Shown here: piece by piece, positions 48,501 to 63,500 of the stretch
Layout: each line of letters opens with the position of its first letter
Numbering within the stretch: the stretch's first letter is position 1
NCBI GenBank assembly: GCA_964016885.1
Contig: OZ024740.1
Location: 104,842,001 to 104,906,000, forward strand
Length of the DNA stretch: 64,000 nucleotides
From: Eledone cirrhosa
Taxonomy: Eukaryota
Direction of reading: 5' to 3'
Notes under the pieces: generated by a model
Seen by the model: the letters and a program-made list of their open reading frames with translations, nothing else
Told to the model about the DNA's origin: nothing
The model's database searches: none
Made by a program: the position numbers and the translations under genes

Positions 48501-51500
48501 ATGAACTTGGGAGTAAGACACTTCTAGACTTGAACTGGATAGAAACACACTTCTAGACTTCAACTGGGTGAGAGAGACACACTTTTAGACTTGAAATGGG
48601 GAGTAAGATACTTCTAGACTTGAACTGGGGGAGAGACACACACTTCTAGGCTTGAACTGGGGGAGAGAGACCCACTTCTAGACTTGAACTGGGAGAGAGA
48701 CACACTTCAAGGCTTGAACTAGGGAGAGAGACACTTCTAGATGTTAACTAGATGAGAGACACACTTCTAGACTTGAACTGGGGGTGAGAGACACTTCTAG
48801 ACATGAACTGATGGAGAGACACACTTCTAGACTTGAACTGGGGGAGACAGACACCCTTTTAGACTTGAACTGGGGGAGAGAGAGACACTTCTAGACTTGA
48901 ACTGGCGGAAACACCCACTTCTAGATTTGAACTAGGGAGGGGGACACACTTCTAGACTTGAACTGGTCTTAGAGACACACTTCTAGATTTGAACTGGAAG
49001 TAAGACACTTCTAGACTTGAACTGTGGGAGAGACACACTTCTAGAATTGAACAGGGGGAGAGACACTTCTAGACTTGAACTGGAGAAAGAGACACACTTC
49101 TAGACTTGAACTGGCGAGAGAGACACACTTCTAGACTTGAAGTGGAGGAAAGACACACTTCTAGATTTGAACCAGGGAGGGAGACACGCTTCTAGACTTG
49201 AACAGGTGTTAGAGACACACTTCTAGACTTGAAATGGGGGAGAGACACTTTTAGACTTGAACTGGGAGTAAGACACTTCTAGACATGAACTGGTGGAGAG
49301 AGATACTTGTAGACTTGAACTGGAGAGTAAGACACTTCTAGACTTGAACCGGGGTAGAGACAGACTTCTAGACTTGAACTGGGGAGAGACAGACTTCTAG
49401 ACTTGAGCTGGGGAGAGACACTTGTAGAATTGAACTGGGGAGAGACACACTTCTACACTTGAACAGGAGGGGAGACACTTCTAGACTTGAACTGGAGAAA
49501 GAGACACACTTCTAGACTTGAACTGGTGAGAGAGACACACTTCTAGACTTGAACTGTGGAGTAAGACATTTCTAGTCTTGAACTGGGGGAGAGAGACACT
49601 TCTAGACTTGAACAGGGGGAGAGACACTTCTAGACTTGAACTGGAAAAAAAAACACACTTCTACACTTGAACTGGGGAGTGAGACACACTTCTAGATTTG
49701 AACTGGGGGAGAGAGACACACTTCTAGACTTGAACTGAGGGAGGGAGTCACACTTCTAGACTTGAACTGGGGGAGAGAGACACACTTCTAGACTTGAACT
49801 GGGTGAGAGAGACCCACTTCTAGACTTGAACTGGGAGAGACACACTTATAGGCTTGAACTGGGGAGAGAGACACTTCTAGATTTGAACTAGATGAGAGAC
49901 ACACTTCTAGACTGGAACTGGGGGAGAGAGACACATCTAGACATGAACTGATGGAGAGACACACTTCTAGACTTGAACTGGGGGAGAGAGACACACTTCT
50001 AGACTTGAACTGGGGAAAAGAGACACACTTCTAGACTTGAACTGTGGGAGAGACACACTTCTAGACTTGAACAGGGGGAGAGACACTTCTAGACTTGAAC
50101 TGGAGAAAGAGACACGCTTCTCGACTTGAACTGGGGGAGAGTGACACACTGCTAGACTTGAACTAGGCGAGAGACACACTTCCAGACTTGAACTGGGGGA
50201 GCGAGACATTTCTAGACTTGAACTGGGGGAGAGAGACTCTTCTAGACTTGAACTGGGGGAGAGAGACACACGTCTAGACTTGAACTGGAGAGTAAGATAC
50301 TTCTAGACATGAACTGGCGGAGACACACATACTTCTAGACTTGAACTGGGGAGGGAGACACACTTCTAGACTTGAATTGGGGGAGATCGACACACTTCTA
50401 GACTTGAACTGGGGGAGAGAGACACTTCTAGACTTGAACTGGGGGACAGACACACTTCTAGACTTGAACTGTGGTGAGAGACACACTTCTAGATATGAAC
50501 TAGGGGAGAGACAGTTGTAGACTTGAATTGGGGGAGAGATACACTTCTAGACTTGATCTGGGGGAGAGAGACATTTCTAGCCTTGAACTGGTGAGAGAGA
50601 CACACTTCTCGACTTGAACTGGGGAGAGAAACGCTTCTAGAAGAACTGGCGAGAGAGACACACATCTAGACTTGAACTGGGAAGACAGACACACTTCTAG
50701 ACTTGAACTGGGAAGAGAGACACTTCTAGACTTGAACTAGTGGAGAGACACACTTCTAGACCTGAACTGGGGGAATTACACACTTCTAGACTTGAACTGG
50801 GGAGAGAGACACGCTTCTAGACTTGATCTGGGGGAGAGACACACTCTAGACTTTAACTGGGGGAGAGAGACACTTCTAGACTTGAACTGGGGGAGAGACA
50901 CACTTTTAGACTTGAACTGGGGCAGAGAGACACACTTCTAGACTTGAACTGGGGGAGAGAGACACTTCTAGACATGAACTGTGGTGAGAGACACTTCTAG
51001 ACTTTAACAGGTGGATAGACACACTTCTAGACTTGAACTGGGGTGAGCGACACACTTCTAGACTTGAACAGGGAGAGAGAGACACCTCTAGACTTGAACT
51101 GGGGTGAGACACACTTCTAGACTTGAACTGGGGGAGAGACACACTTCTAGACATGAACAGGGCAGAGAGACACAGTTCTAGGCTTGAACTGGTGGGGAGA
51201 GACAGACTTCTAGACTTGAACTGGGTTGAGAGACCCACTTGTAGACTTGAACTGGAGAGAGAGACACCTCTAGACTTGAACTGGGGTGAGACACACTTCT
51301 AGACTTGAACTGGGGGAGAGACACACTTCTAGACATGAACTGGGGTGAGCGACACACTTCTAGACTTGAACAGGGAGAGAGAGACACCTCTAGACTTGAA
51401 CTGGGGTGAGACACACTTCTAGACTTGAACTGGGGGAGAGACACACTTCTAGACATGAACAGGGCAGAGAGACACAGTTCTAGGCTTGAACTGGTGGGGA

Positions 51501-54500
51501 GAGACAGACTTCTAGACATGAACTGTGGTGAGAGACACTTCTAGACTTTAACAGGTGGATAGACACACTTCTAGACTTGAACTGGGTGTGAGACACTTCC
51601 AGACTTGAACTTGGAAGTAAGACACTTCTAGACTTGAACTGCATGAGAGACACACTTCTAGACATGAACTGAGAAGTAAGACACTCCTAGACTTGAACTG
51701 GGAGAGACACATACTGTTAGCCTTGAACTGGGGTGAGAGACACACGTCTAGACTTGAACTGGGAGTAAGACACTTCTAGATTTGAACTGGGGGAGAGAGA
51801 GACTTCTGGACTTGAACTGGGGAGTAAGAAACTTCTAGATTTGAACTGGAGAGAGACACACTTCTAGACCTCAACTGGGGGAGAGAGACACACTTCTAGA
51901 CTTGAACTAGGGAGTAAGATACTTCTAGACTTGAACTGGGGGAGAGACACACATTTATAGACTTGAACTGGGGGAGAGAGACACACTTCTAGACTTGGAA
52001 CTGGGAGAGAGACACAATTCTAGACTTGAACTGGGGTGAGAGACATTCTAGATTTGCACTAGATGAGAGACACACTTCTAGACATGACCTGAGGGAGAGA
52101 CAAACTTCTAGACTTGAACTGGGAGAGAGAGACACACTTCTAGACTTGAACTGGGGGGAGAGACTTCTAGACTTGAACTAGTGGAGAGACACACTTCTAG
52201 ACTTGAACTGGGGGAGAGAGACATTTCTAGACTTGAACTGGGGGAGAGACACACTTCTAGACTTGAACTGGGGAGTAAGATACTTCTAGACATGAACTGG
52301 CGGAGAGACACACACTTCTAGACTTGAACTGGGGGAGGTAGACACACTTCTAGATTTGAACTGGGGTAGATAGACACACCTCTAGACTTGAACTGGGGGA
52401 GAGAGACACACTTCTAGACTTGAACTGGGGGAGAGAGACACTTCTAAACTTGAACTGTGGTGAGAGACACACTTCTAGACTTGAACTGGGGGAGAGACCG
52501 TTGTATACTTGAACTGGGGGAGAGACACCCTTCTAGACTTGAACTGGGATAGACACACACTGCTAGCCTTGAACTGGTGAGAGAGACACACTTCTCAACT
52601 TGAACAGGGGAGAGAAACGCTTCTAGAAGAACTGGCGAGAGAGACACACTTCTAGACTTGAACTGGGGAGAGAGACACACTTTTAGACTTGAACTGGGCT
52701 GAGAGACACACTTGTATACTTGGACTGGTGACAGAGATACACTTGTAGACTTGACCTGGGGGAGAGACACACTTCTAGAATTGACCTGGGGAGAGAGACA
52801 CTTCTAGACTTGAACTAGTGGAGAGACACACTTCTAGACTTGAAGTTGGGGAGAGACACACACTTCTAGACTTGAACTGGGGGAGAGAGACACACTTCTA
52901 GACTTGACCTGGAGGAGATACACACTTCTAGACTTGAACTAGGAGAGAGAGACACTTCTAGACTTGAACTGGGGGAGAGAGACACTTCTAGACTTGAACT
53001 GAGAAGTAAGACACTCCTAGACTTGAACTGGGAGAGACACAAACTGTTAGCCTTGAACTGGGGTGAGAGACACACGTCTAGACTTGAACTGGGAGTAAGA
53101 CACTTCTAGATTTGAACTGGGGGAGAGAGAGACTTCTGGACTTGAACTGGGGAGTAAGATACTTCTAGATTTGAACTGGAGAGAGACACACTTCTAGACC
53201 TCAACTGGGGGAGAGAGACACACTTCTAGACTTGAACTAGGGAGTAAGATACTTCTAGACTTGAACTGGGGGAGAGACACACATTTATAGACTTGAACTG
53301 GGGGAGAGAGACACACTTCTAGACTTGGAACTGGGAGAGAGACACAATTCTAGACTTGAACTGGGGTGAGAGACATTCTAGATTTGCACTAGATGAGAGA
53401 CACACTTCTAGACATGACCTGAGGGAGAGACACACTTCTAGACTTTAACTGGGAGAGAGAGACACACTTCTAGACTTGAACTGGGGGAGAGACACACTTC
53501 TAGACTTGAACTGGGGAGAGAGACTTCTAGACTTGAACTAGTGGAGAGACACACTTCTAGACTTGAACTGGGGGAGAGAGACATTTCTAGACTTGAACTG
53601 GGGGAGAGACACACTTCTAGACTTGAACTGGGGAGTAAGATACTTCTAGACATGAACTGGCGGAGAGACACACACTTCTAGACTTGAACTGGGGGAGGTA
53701 GACACACTTCTAGATTTGAACTGGGGTAGATAGACACACCTCTAGACTTGAACTGGGGGAGAGAGACACACTTCTAGACTTGAACTGGGGGAGAGAGACA
53801 CTTCTAAACTTGAACTGTGGTGAGAGACACACTTCTAGACTTGAACTGGGGGAGAGACCGTTGTATACTTGAACTGGGGGAGAGACACTTCTAGACTTGA
53901 ACTGGGATAGACACACACTGCTAGCCTTGAACTGGTGAGAGAGACACACTTCTCGACTTGAACAGGGGAGAGAAACGCTTCTAGAAGAACTGGCGAGAGA
54001 GACACACTTCTAGACTTGAACTGGGGAGAGAGACACACTTTTAGACTTGAACTGGGCTGAGAGACACACTTGTATACTTGGACTGGTGACAGAGATACAC
54101 TTCTAGACTTGACCTGGGGGAGAGACACACTTCTAGAATTGACCTGGGGAGAGAGACACTTCTAGACTTGAACTAGTGGAGAGACACACTTCTAGACTTG
54201 AAGTTGGGGAGAGACACACACTTCTAGACTTGAACTGGGGGAGAGAGACACACTTCTAGACTTGACCTGGAGGAGATACACACTTCTAGACTTGAACTAG
54301 GAGAGAGAGACACTTCTAGACTTGAACTGGGGGAGAGAGACACTTCTAGACTTGAACTGGGGGACAGACACACTTCTAGACTTGAACCCGGGGAGATAGA
54401 CACCTCTAGACGTGAACTGGGGGAGAGACACACTTCTAGACTTGAACTGGAGGAGAGACACACTTCTAGACATGAACTGGGGGAGAGAGACATAGTTCTA

Positions 54501-57500
54501 GATATGAACTGTTGAAGAGAGACTGACTTCTAGACTTGAACTTGGGAGAGAAACATTTCTAGAGTTGAACTGGCGAGAGAGACACACTTCTAGACTTGAA
54601 CTGGGGAGTGAGACACACTTCTAGACTTGAACTGGGAAGAGAGACACTTCTAGACTTGAACTGGGTTGAGAGACCCACTTGTAGACTTGTACTGGGGACG
54701 CAGACACACTTCTAGACTTGAACTGGGGGAGAGAGACACATTTCCAGACTTGAACTGGGTGAAAGAGACACACTTCTAGACTTGAACTGTGGGAGAGACA
54801 CACTTCTAGACTTGAACTGGGGAGAGTGACTTCTAGACTTGAATTAGTGGAGAGACACACTTCTAGACTTGAACTGGGAAGAGAGACACTTCTAGACTTG
54901 AACTGGGTTGAGAGACCCACTTGTAGACTTGAACTGGGGACACAGACACACTTCTAGACTTGAACTGGGGGAGAGAGACACATTTCCAGACTTGAACATG
55001 GTGAGAGAGACATTTCTAGACTTGAACTGGGGGAGAGACACACTTCTAGACTTGAACTTGGAAGTAAGACACTTCTAGACTTGAACTGGGAAGTAAGACA
55101 CTTCTAGACTTGAACTGGGAGAGACACATACTGTTAGCCTTGAACTGGGGAGAGAGAAACACGTCTAGACTTGAACTGGTGGAGAGAGAGACTTCTAGAC
55201 TTGAACTGGGGAGTAAGACACACTTCTAGACTTGAACTGGGGGAGAGAGACACACTTCTAGAGTTGAACTGGGGCGAGAGACATTCTAGACTTGAACTAG
55301 ATGAGAGACACACTTCTAGACTTGAACTGAGGGAGAGAGACACTTCTAAACTTGAACTGGGGGAGAGACACACTTCTAGACTTGAACTGGGGTGAGAGAC
55401 CTTCTAGACTTGAACCAGATGAGATACACACTTCTAGACTTGAAATTAGGGAGAGAGACACTTCTAGACTTGAACTGGGGGAGAGACACACTTCTAGACT
55501 TGAACTGGGGGAGAGACACACTTCTAGATTTGAACTGGGGAAAGAGACTTCTAGACTTGAACTAGTGGAGAGACACACTTCTAGACTTGAACTGGGGGAG
55601 AGACACACTTCTAGACTTGAACTGGGCTGTGAAACACACTTGTACAATTGCACTGGTGAGGGAGATACACTTCTAGACTTGAACAGGGGAGAGAAACGCT
55701 TCTAGAAGAACTCGCGAGAGAGACACACTTCTAGACTTGAACTGGGGGAGAAAGACACACTTCTAGACTTGACCTGGTGGAGAGATTCACTTCTAGACTT
55801 GACCTGGGGAGAGAAACACTTCTAGACCTGAACTAGTGGAGAGACACACTTCTAGACCTGAACTGGGGGAGAGACACACATTTCTAGACTTGACCTGGGG
55901 GAGACACACACTTCTAGACTTGATCTGAGGGAGAGAGACACTTCTAGACTTGAAATGCGGGAGAGATACACACTTCTAGACTTGAACTGGGGGAGTGAGA
56001 CACACTTCTAGACTTGAACTGTGGGAGAGAGACACACTTCTAGACTTGAACTGGGAGAGAGAGACACTTCTAGACTTGAACTGGGGGAGAGAGACATTTC
56101 TAGACTTTAACAGGTGGACAGACACACTTCTAGACTTGAACGGGGGTGAGCCACACACTTCTAGACTTGAACTGGGGGAGAGAGACACCTCTAGACTTGA
56201 ACTGGGGGAGAGACACACTTCTAGACTTGTACTGGGGGAGAGACACACTTCTAGACATGAAGTGGGGGAGAGAGACACAGTTCTAGACTTGAACTGGTGA
56301 AGAGAGACAGACTTCTAGACTTGAACTGGGAGAGAGAATCATTTCTAGAGTTGAACTGGCGAGAGAGACACACTTATAGACTTGAACTGGGGAGTGAGAC
56401 ACACTTCTAGACTTGAACTGGAGGAGCGAGACACACTTCTAGGCTTGAACTGGGGAGTAAGATACTTCTAGACTTGAACTGGGAGAGGGAAACACACTTA
56501 TAGACTTGAACTGGGGGAGAGAGACACACTTCTAGACTTGAACTGGGGAAGAGACACACTTCTAGACTTGAACTGGGGAGAGAGACACTTCTAGACTTGA
56601 ACTGGAAGAGTGACACACTTCTAGACTTGCGCTGGGGGAGAGAGACACTTCTAGATTTGAACTGAGGGAGAGACACACTTCTAGACTTGAACTTGGGGAG
56701 AGACACACTTCTAGACTTGAACTGGGGGAGAGATACACACTTCTAGACTTGAACTGGGGAGTAAGATACTTCTAGACTTGAACTGGGGGAGAGTCACACA
56801 CTTCTAGACTTGAACTTGGGGAGAGACACACTTCTAGACTTGAACTGCTGAGAGAGACACTTCTAGAGTTGAACTAGTGGAGAGACAAAATTCTAGACTT
56901 GAACTGGGGGAGAGAGACACTTCTAGACTTGAACTGGGGTAGAGAGACACATGGCTAGACTTGAACTGGAGAGTAAGATACTTCTAGACTTGAACTGGGG
57001 GAGAGACACACACTTCTAGACTTGAACTGGGGAGTAAGATACTTCTAGACTTGAACTGGGGGAGAGTCACACACTTCTAGACTTGAACTGGGGGAGAGAG
57101 ACACACTTCTAGACTTGAACTGGGGAGTAAGATACTTCTAGACTTGAACTGGGAGAGAGAAACACACTTATAGACTTGAACTGGGGGAGAGAGACACACT
57201 TCTAGACTTGAACTGGGGAAGAGACACACTTCTAGACTTGAACTGGGGAGAGAGACACTTCTAGACTTGAACTGGAAGAGTGACACACTTCTAGACTTGA
57301 ACTGGGGGAGAGACACACTTTTAGACATGAACTGGGAGAGAGAGACAGATTTCTAGACTTGAACTTGGGGAGAGACACACTTCTAGACTTGAACTGGGGT
57401 AGAGAGACACATGGCTAGACTTGAACTGGAGAGTAAGATACTTCTAGACTTGAACTGGGGGAGAGACACACACTTCTAGACTTGAACTGGGGGAGGGAGA

Positions 57501-60500
57501 CACACTTATAGACTTCAACTGGGGGAGAGACACACTTCTATACTTGAACTGGGGGAGAGAGACACACTTCTAGACTTGATCTGGGGGCTAGACATACTTC
57601 TATACTTTAACTGGGAGAGAGAGACACTTCTAGACTTGAACTGGAAGAGTGACACACTTCTAGACTTGCGCTGGGGGAGAGAGACACTTCTAGACTTGAA
57701 CTGGGGGAGAGACACACTTCTAGACTTGAACTGGGGGAGAGACACATTTCTAGACATGAACTGGGAGAGAGAGAGACTGATTTCTAGACTTGAACTTGGG
57801 GAGAGACACACTTCTAGACTTGAACTGGGGAGTAAGATACTTCTAGACTTGAACTGGGGGAGAGTCAGACACTTCTAGACTTGAACTGGGGGAGAGAGAC
57901 ACACTTCTAGACTTGAACTGGGGAGTAAGATACTTCTAGACTCTAACTGGGAGAGAGAAACACACTTATAGACTTGAACTGGGGGAGTGAGACACACTTC
58001 TAGACTTGAACTGGGGAAGAGACACACTTCTAGACTTGAACTGGGGAGAGAGACACTTCTAGACTTGAACTGGAAGAGTGACACACTTCTAGACTTGTGC
58101 TGGGGGAGAGAGACAGATTTCTAGACTTGAACTTGGGGAGAGACACACTTCTAGACTTGAACTGCTGAGAGAGACACATCTAGAGTTGAACTAGTGGAGA
58201 GACAAAATTCTAGACTTGAACTGGGGGAGAGAGACACTTCTAGACTTGAACTGGAGAGTAAGATACTTCTAGACTGGAACTGGGGGAGAGACACACACTT
58301 CTAGACTTGAACTGGGGGAGGGAGACACACTTATAGACTTGAACTGGGGGAGAGACACACTTCTATACTCTAACTGGGGGAGAGAGACACACTTCTAGAC
58401 TTGATGTGGGGGATAGACACACTTCTATACTTTAACTGGGAGAGAGAGACACTTCTAGACTTGAACTGGAAGAGTGACACAGTTCTAGACTTGCGCTGGG
58501 GGAGAGAGACACTTCTAGACTTGAACTGGGGGAGAGACACACTTCTAGACTTGAACTGTGGGAGAGACACATTTCTAGACATGAACTGGGAGAGAGAGAC
58601 AGATTTCTAGACTTGAACTTGGGGAGAGACACACTTCTAGACTTGAACTGGGGGAGAGATACACATTTCTAGACTTGAACTGGGGAGTAAGATACTTCTA
58701 GACTTGAACTGGGGGAGAGTCACACACTTCTAGACTTGAACTGGGGAGAGAGACACTTCTAGACTTGAACTGGAAGAGTGACACACTTCTTGACTTGCGC
58801 TGAGGGAGAGAGACACTTCTAGACTTGAACTGGGGGAGAGACACACCTCTAGACTTGAACTGGGGGAGAGAGACACACGTCTGAACTTGAACAGGGGAGT
58901 AAGATACTTGTAGACTTGAAATGTGGGAGAGATACACACTTCTAGACTTGAACTGGGGGAGAGAGACACACTTCTAGACTTGAACTGGGGAGTAAGATAC
59001 TTCTACACTTGAACTGGGAGAGAGAAACACACTTATAGACTTGAACTGTGGGAGAGAGACACACTTCTAGACATGAACTGGGGAAGAGACACACTTCTAG
59101 ACTTGAACTGGCGAGAGAGACCCTTCTAGACTTGAACTGGAAGAGTGACACACTTCTAGACTTGCGCTGGGGGAGAGAGACACTTCTAGACTTGAACTGG
59201 GGGAGAGACACACTTCTAGACTTGAACTGGGGGAGAGACACATTTCTAGACATGAACTGGGAGAGAGAGAGACTGATTTCTAGACTTGAACTTGGGGAGA
59301 GACACACTTCTAGACTTGAACTGGGGAGTAAGATACTTCTAGACTTGAACTGGGGGAGAGTCAGACACTTCTAGACTTGAACTGGGGGAGAGAGACACAC
59401 TTCTAGACTTGAACTGGGGAGTAAGATACTTCTAGACTCTAACTGGGAGAGAGAAACACACTTATAGACTTGAACTGGGGGAGTGAGACACACTTCTAGA
59501 CTTGAACTGGGGAAGAGACACACTTCTAGACTTGAACTGGGGAGAGAGACACTTCTAGACTTGAACTGGAAGAGTGACACACTTCTAGACTTGTGCTGGG
59601 GGAGAGAGACAGATTTCTAGACTTGAACTTGGGGAGAGACACACTTCTAGACTTGAACTGCTGAGAGAGACACATCTAGAGTTGAACTAGTGGAGAGACA
59701 AAATTCTAGACTTGAACTGGGGGAGAGAGACACTTCTAGACTTGAACTGGAGAGTAAGATACTTCTAGACTGGAACTGGGGGAGAGACACACACTTCTAG
59801 ACTTGAACTGGGGGAGGGAGACACACTTATAGACTTGAACTGGGGGAGAGACACACTTCTATACTCTAACTGGGGGAGAGAGACACACTTCTAGACTTGA
59901 TGTGGGGGATAGACACACTTCTATACTTTAACTGGGAGAGAGAGACACTTCTAGACTTGAACTGGAAGAGTGACACACTTCTAGACTTGCGCTGGGGGAG
60001 AGAGACACTTCTAGACTTGAACTGGGGGAGAGACACACTTCTAGACTTGAACTGTGGGAGAGACACATTTCTAGACATGAACTGGGAGAGAGAGACAGAT
60101 TTCTAGACTTGAACTTGGGGAGAGACACACTTCTAGACTTGAACTGGGGGAGAGATACACATTTCTAGACTTGAACTGGGGAGTAAGATACTTCTAGACT
60201 TGAACTGGGGGAGAGTCACACACTTCTAGACTTGAACTGGGGAGAGAGACACTTCTAGACTTGAACTGGAAGAGTGACACACTTCTTGACTTGCGCTGAG
60301 GGAGAGAGACACTTCTAGACTTGAACTGGGGGAGAGACACACCTCTAGACTTGAACTGGGGGAGAGAGACACACGTCTGAACTTGAACAGGGGAGTAAGA
60401 TACTTGTAGACTTGAAATGTGGGAGAGATACACACTTCTAGACTTGAACTGGGGGAGAGAGACACACTTCTAGACTTGAACTGGGGAGTAAGATACTTCT

Positions 60501-63500
60501 ACACTTGAACTGGGAGAGAGAAACACACTTATAGACTTGAACTGTGGGAGAGAGACACACTTCTAGACATGAACTGGGGAAGAGACACACTTCTAGACTT
60601 GAACTGGCGAGAGAGACCCTTCTAGACTTGAACTGGAAGAGTGACACACTTCTAGACTTGCGCTGGGGGAGAGAGACACTTCTAGACTTGAACTGGGGGA
60701 GAGACACACTTCTAGACTTGACCTGGGGGAGAGACACACTTCTAGACATGAACTGGGAGAGAGAGACAGATTTCTAGACTTGAACATGGGGAGAGACACA
60801 CTTCTAGACTTGAACTGGGGGAGAGTCACACACTTCTAGACTTGAACTTGGGGAGAGAAACACTTCTAGACTTGAACTGCTGAGAGAGACACTTCTAGAG
60901 TTGAACAAGTGGAGAGACAAAATTCTAGACTTGAACTGAGGGAGAGAGACACACGTCTTGACTTGAACTGGAGAGTAAGATACTTCTAGACTTGAACTAG
61001 GGGAGAGACACACACTTCTAGACTTGAACTGGGGGAGGGAGACACACTTATAGACTTCAACTGGGGGAGAGACACACTTCTATACTTGAACTGGGGGAGA
61101 GAGACACACTTCTAGACTTGAACTGGGGGAAAGACACACTTCTAGACTTGAACTGGGGGAGAGACACACTTCTATACTTGAACTGGGAAGAGAAACGCAT
61201 CTAGAATTGAACTGGTGAAAGAGACAGACTTCTAGACTTGAACTGGGCTGAGAGACACACTTGTAGACTTGAACTGGGGACAGAGACACACTTCTAGACT
61301 TGAACTGGGAAGTAAGACACTTCTATACTTGAACTGTGGGATAGACACCTTTAGACATGAACTGGGGGACAGACACACTTCTAGACTTGAACAGGGAGAG
61401 ACACACACTGCTAGCCTTGAACTGGGGAGAGAGACACACTTCTAGACTTTAACTTGGAAGTAAGACACTTCTAGACTTGAACTGGGGGAGAGAGACACTT
61501 CTAGACTTGAACTGGGGAGTAAGACACTTCTAGACTTGAACTGGGGAGAGAAACATACTTCTAGACTTGAACTGGGGAGAGACACACTTATAGACTTCAA
61601 TTGGGAGAGAGATACACACCTGTAGACTTGAACTGGAGTGAGAGACACCCTTCTAGACTTGAACGAGGGGAGAGACACACTTGTAGACTTCAATTGGGGG
61701 TGAGACACACTTCTAGACTTGAACTGAGGGAGAGACACAGTTCTATACATGAGCTGGGGCAGAGACACACTTCTAGATTGAGTTGGAGGAGAGAGACACG
61801 TCTAGACTTGAACTGGAGGAGAGACACACTTCTAGACTTGAACTGGGATGTAAGACACTTCTAGACTTTAACTGCGGGAGAGACACATGTAGACTTGAAC
61901 TGGGGAGAGACACACTTCTAGACTTGGACTGTGAGAGACACACACTGCTAGCCTTGAACTGGGTGAGAGACACACTTCTAGAGTTGAACTGGGGAGTAAG
62001 ACACTTCTAGACTTGAACTAGAAGAGAGAGACACTTCTATACTTTATCTGGGGATTAAGACACTTCTAGACTTGTACTGGGGGAGTGACACACTTCTAGA
62101 CATGAACTGGAGAGTAAGACACTTCTAGAGTTGAACTGAGGGAGAGAGACACACTTCTAGACTTGAACTGGGGGGAGACACACTTCTAGACTTGAGCTGG
62201 AGAGAGAGACACACTTCTAGGCTTGAACTGAGGACAGAGTCACTTCTAGATTTGAACTGGGCAGTAAGACACTTCTAGACTTGAACTGGGGGAGAGACAC
62301 ACTTCTAGACTTGAACTCGGGGTGAGAGACACATCTAGACTTAAACTGGGGGAGAGAGACACTTCTAAACTTGAACTGAGGAGTAAGACACTTCTAGACT
62401 TGGACTGGGGGAGAGACACACTTCTAGACTTGATATGGGGATTAAGACACTTCTAGACTTGAACTGGGGGAGAGACACACTTGTAGACTTGAACTGGGGT
62501 AGAGACACACTTCTAGACTTGAACTGGTGGAGAGAGACACTTCTAGACTTTAACTGGGAGAGAGACACTCTTCTAGACTTGTACTGGGGGAGATAGACAC
62601 TTCGAGACTTGAACTGGTGAGCCAGACCCTTCTAGACTTGAACTGGACAGAGAGAGAGACACTTATAGACTTGAACTGGGGAGTAAGACACTTCTAGACT
62701 TGAACTGGTGAGTAAGACATTTCTAGACTTGAACTGGGGGAGAGAGACACACTTCTAGACTTGCCCTGGGGGAGAGACACACTTCTAGACTTGAACTGGG
62801 GAGAGAGACACTTCTAGACTTGAACTAATGGAGAGACACACTTCTAGTCTTGAACTGGGGGAGAGACACACTTCTAGATTTGAACTGGGGGAGAGAGACA
62901 CACTTTTAGACTTGAACTCAGGGAGAGACACACTTCGAGACTTGAACTCGTGAGAGAGACACACTTCTAGACTTGAACTGGGTGAGAGACACTTTTAGAC
63001 TTGAACTGGGGTGTAAGACACTTCTAGACTTCAACTAGGGGCGAGACACACTTCTAGACTTGAACTGGGGAGTAAGACACTTCTAGACTTGAACTGGGGG
63101 AGAGAGACACTTCTAGACTTGGTCTGGTGAGTATGACCCTTCTAGACTTGAATTGGGGCGAGACACACTTCTAGACTTGAACTGGGGAGTAAGACACTTC
63201 TAGACTCTAACTGGGGGAGAGACACACTTCTAGACTTGGACTGGGGAGTAGACAGTTCTAGACTTGAACTGGGGGAGAGACACACCTCTAGGCTTGAACT
63301 GGGGAGTAACACACTTCTAGACTTGAATTGGGGGAGAGACACACTTCTAGACTTGAACTGGAGGAGAGACACACTTCTAGACTTGAACTGGGGAGAGAAA
63401 CACACTTCTAGACTTGAACTGGGTAGAGAGACACTTCTTGACTTTAACTGGGGAGTAAGACACTTCTAGACTTGAACTGGGGAGAGGGACACACTTCTAG

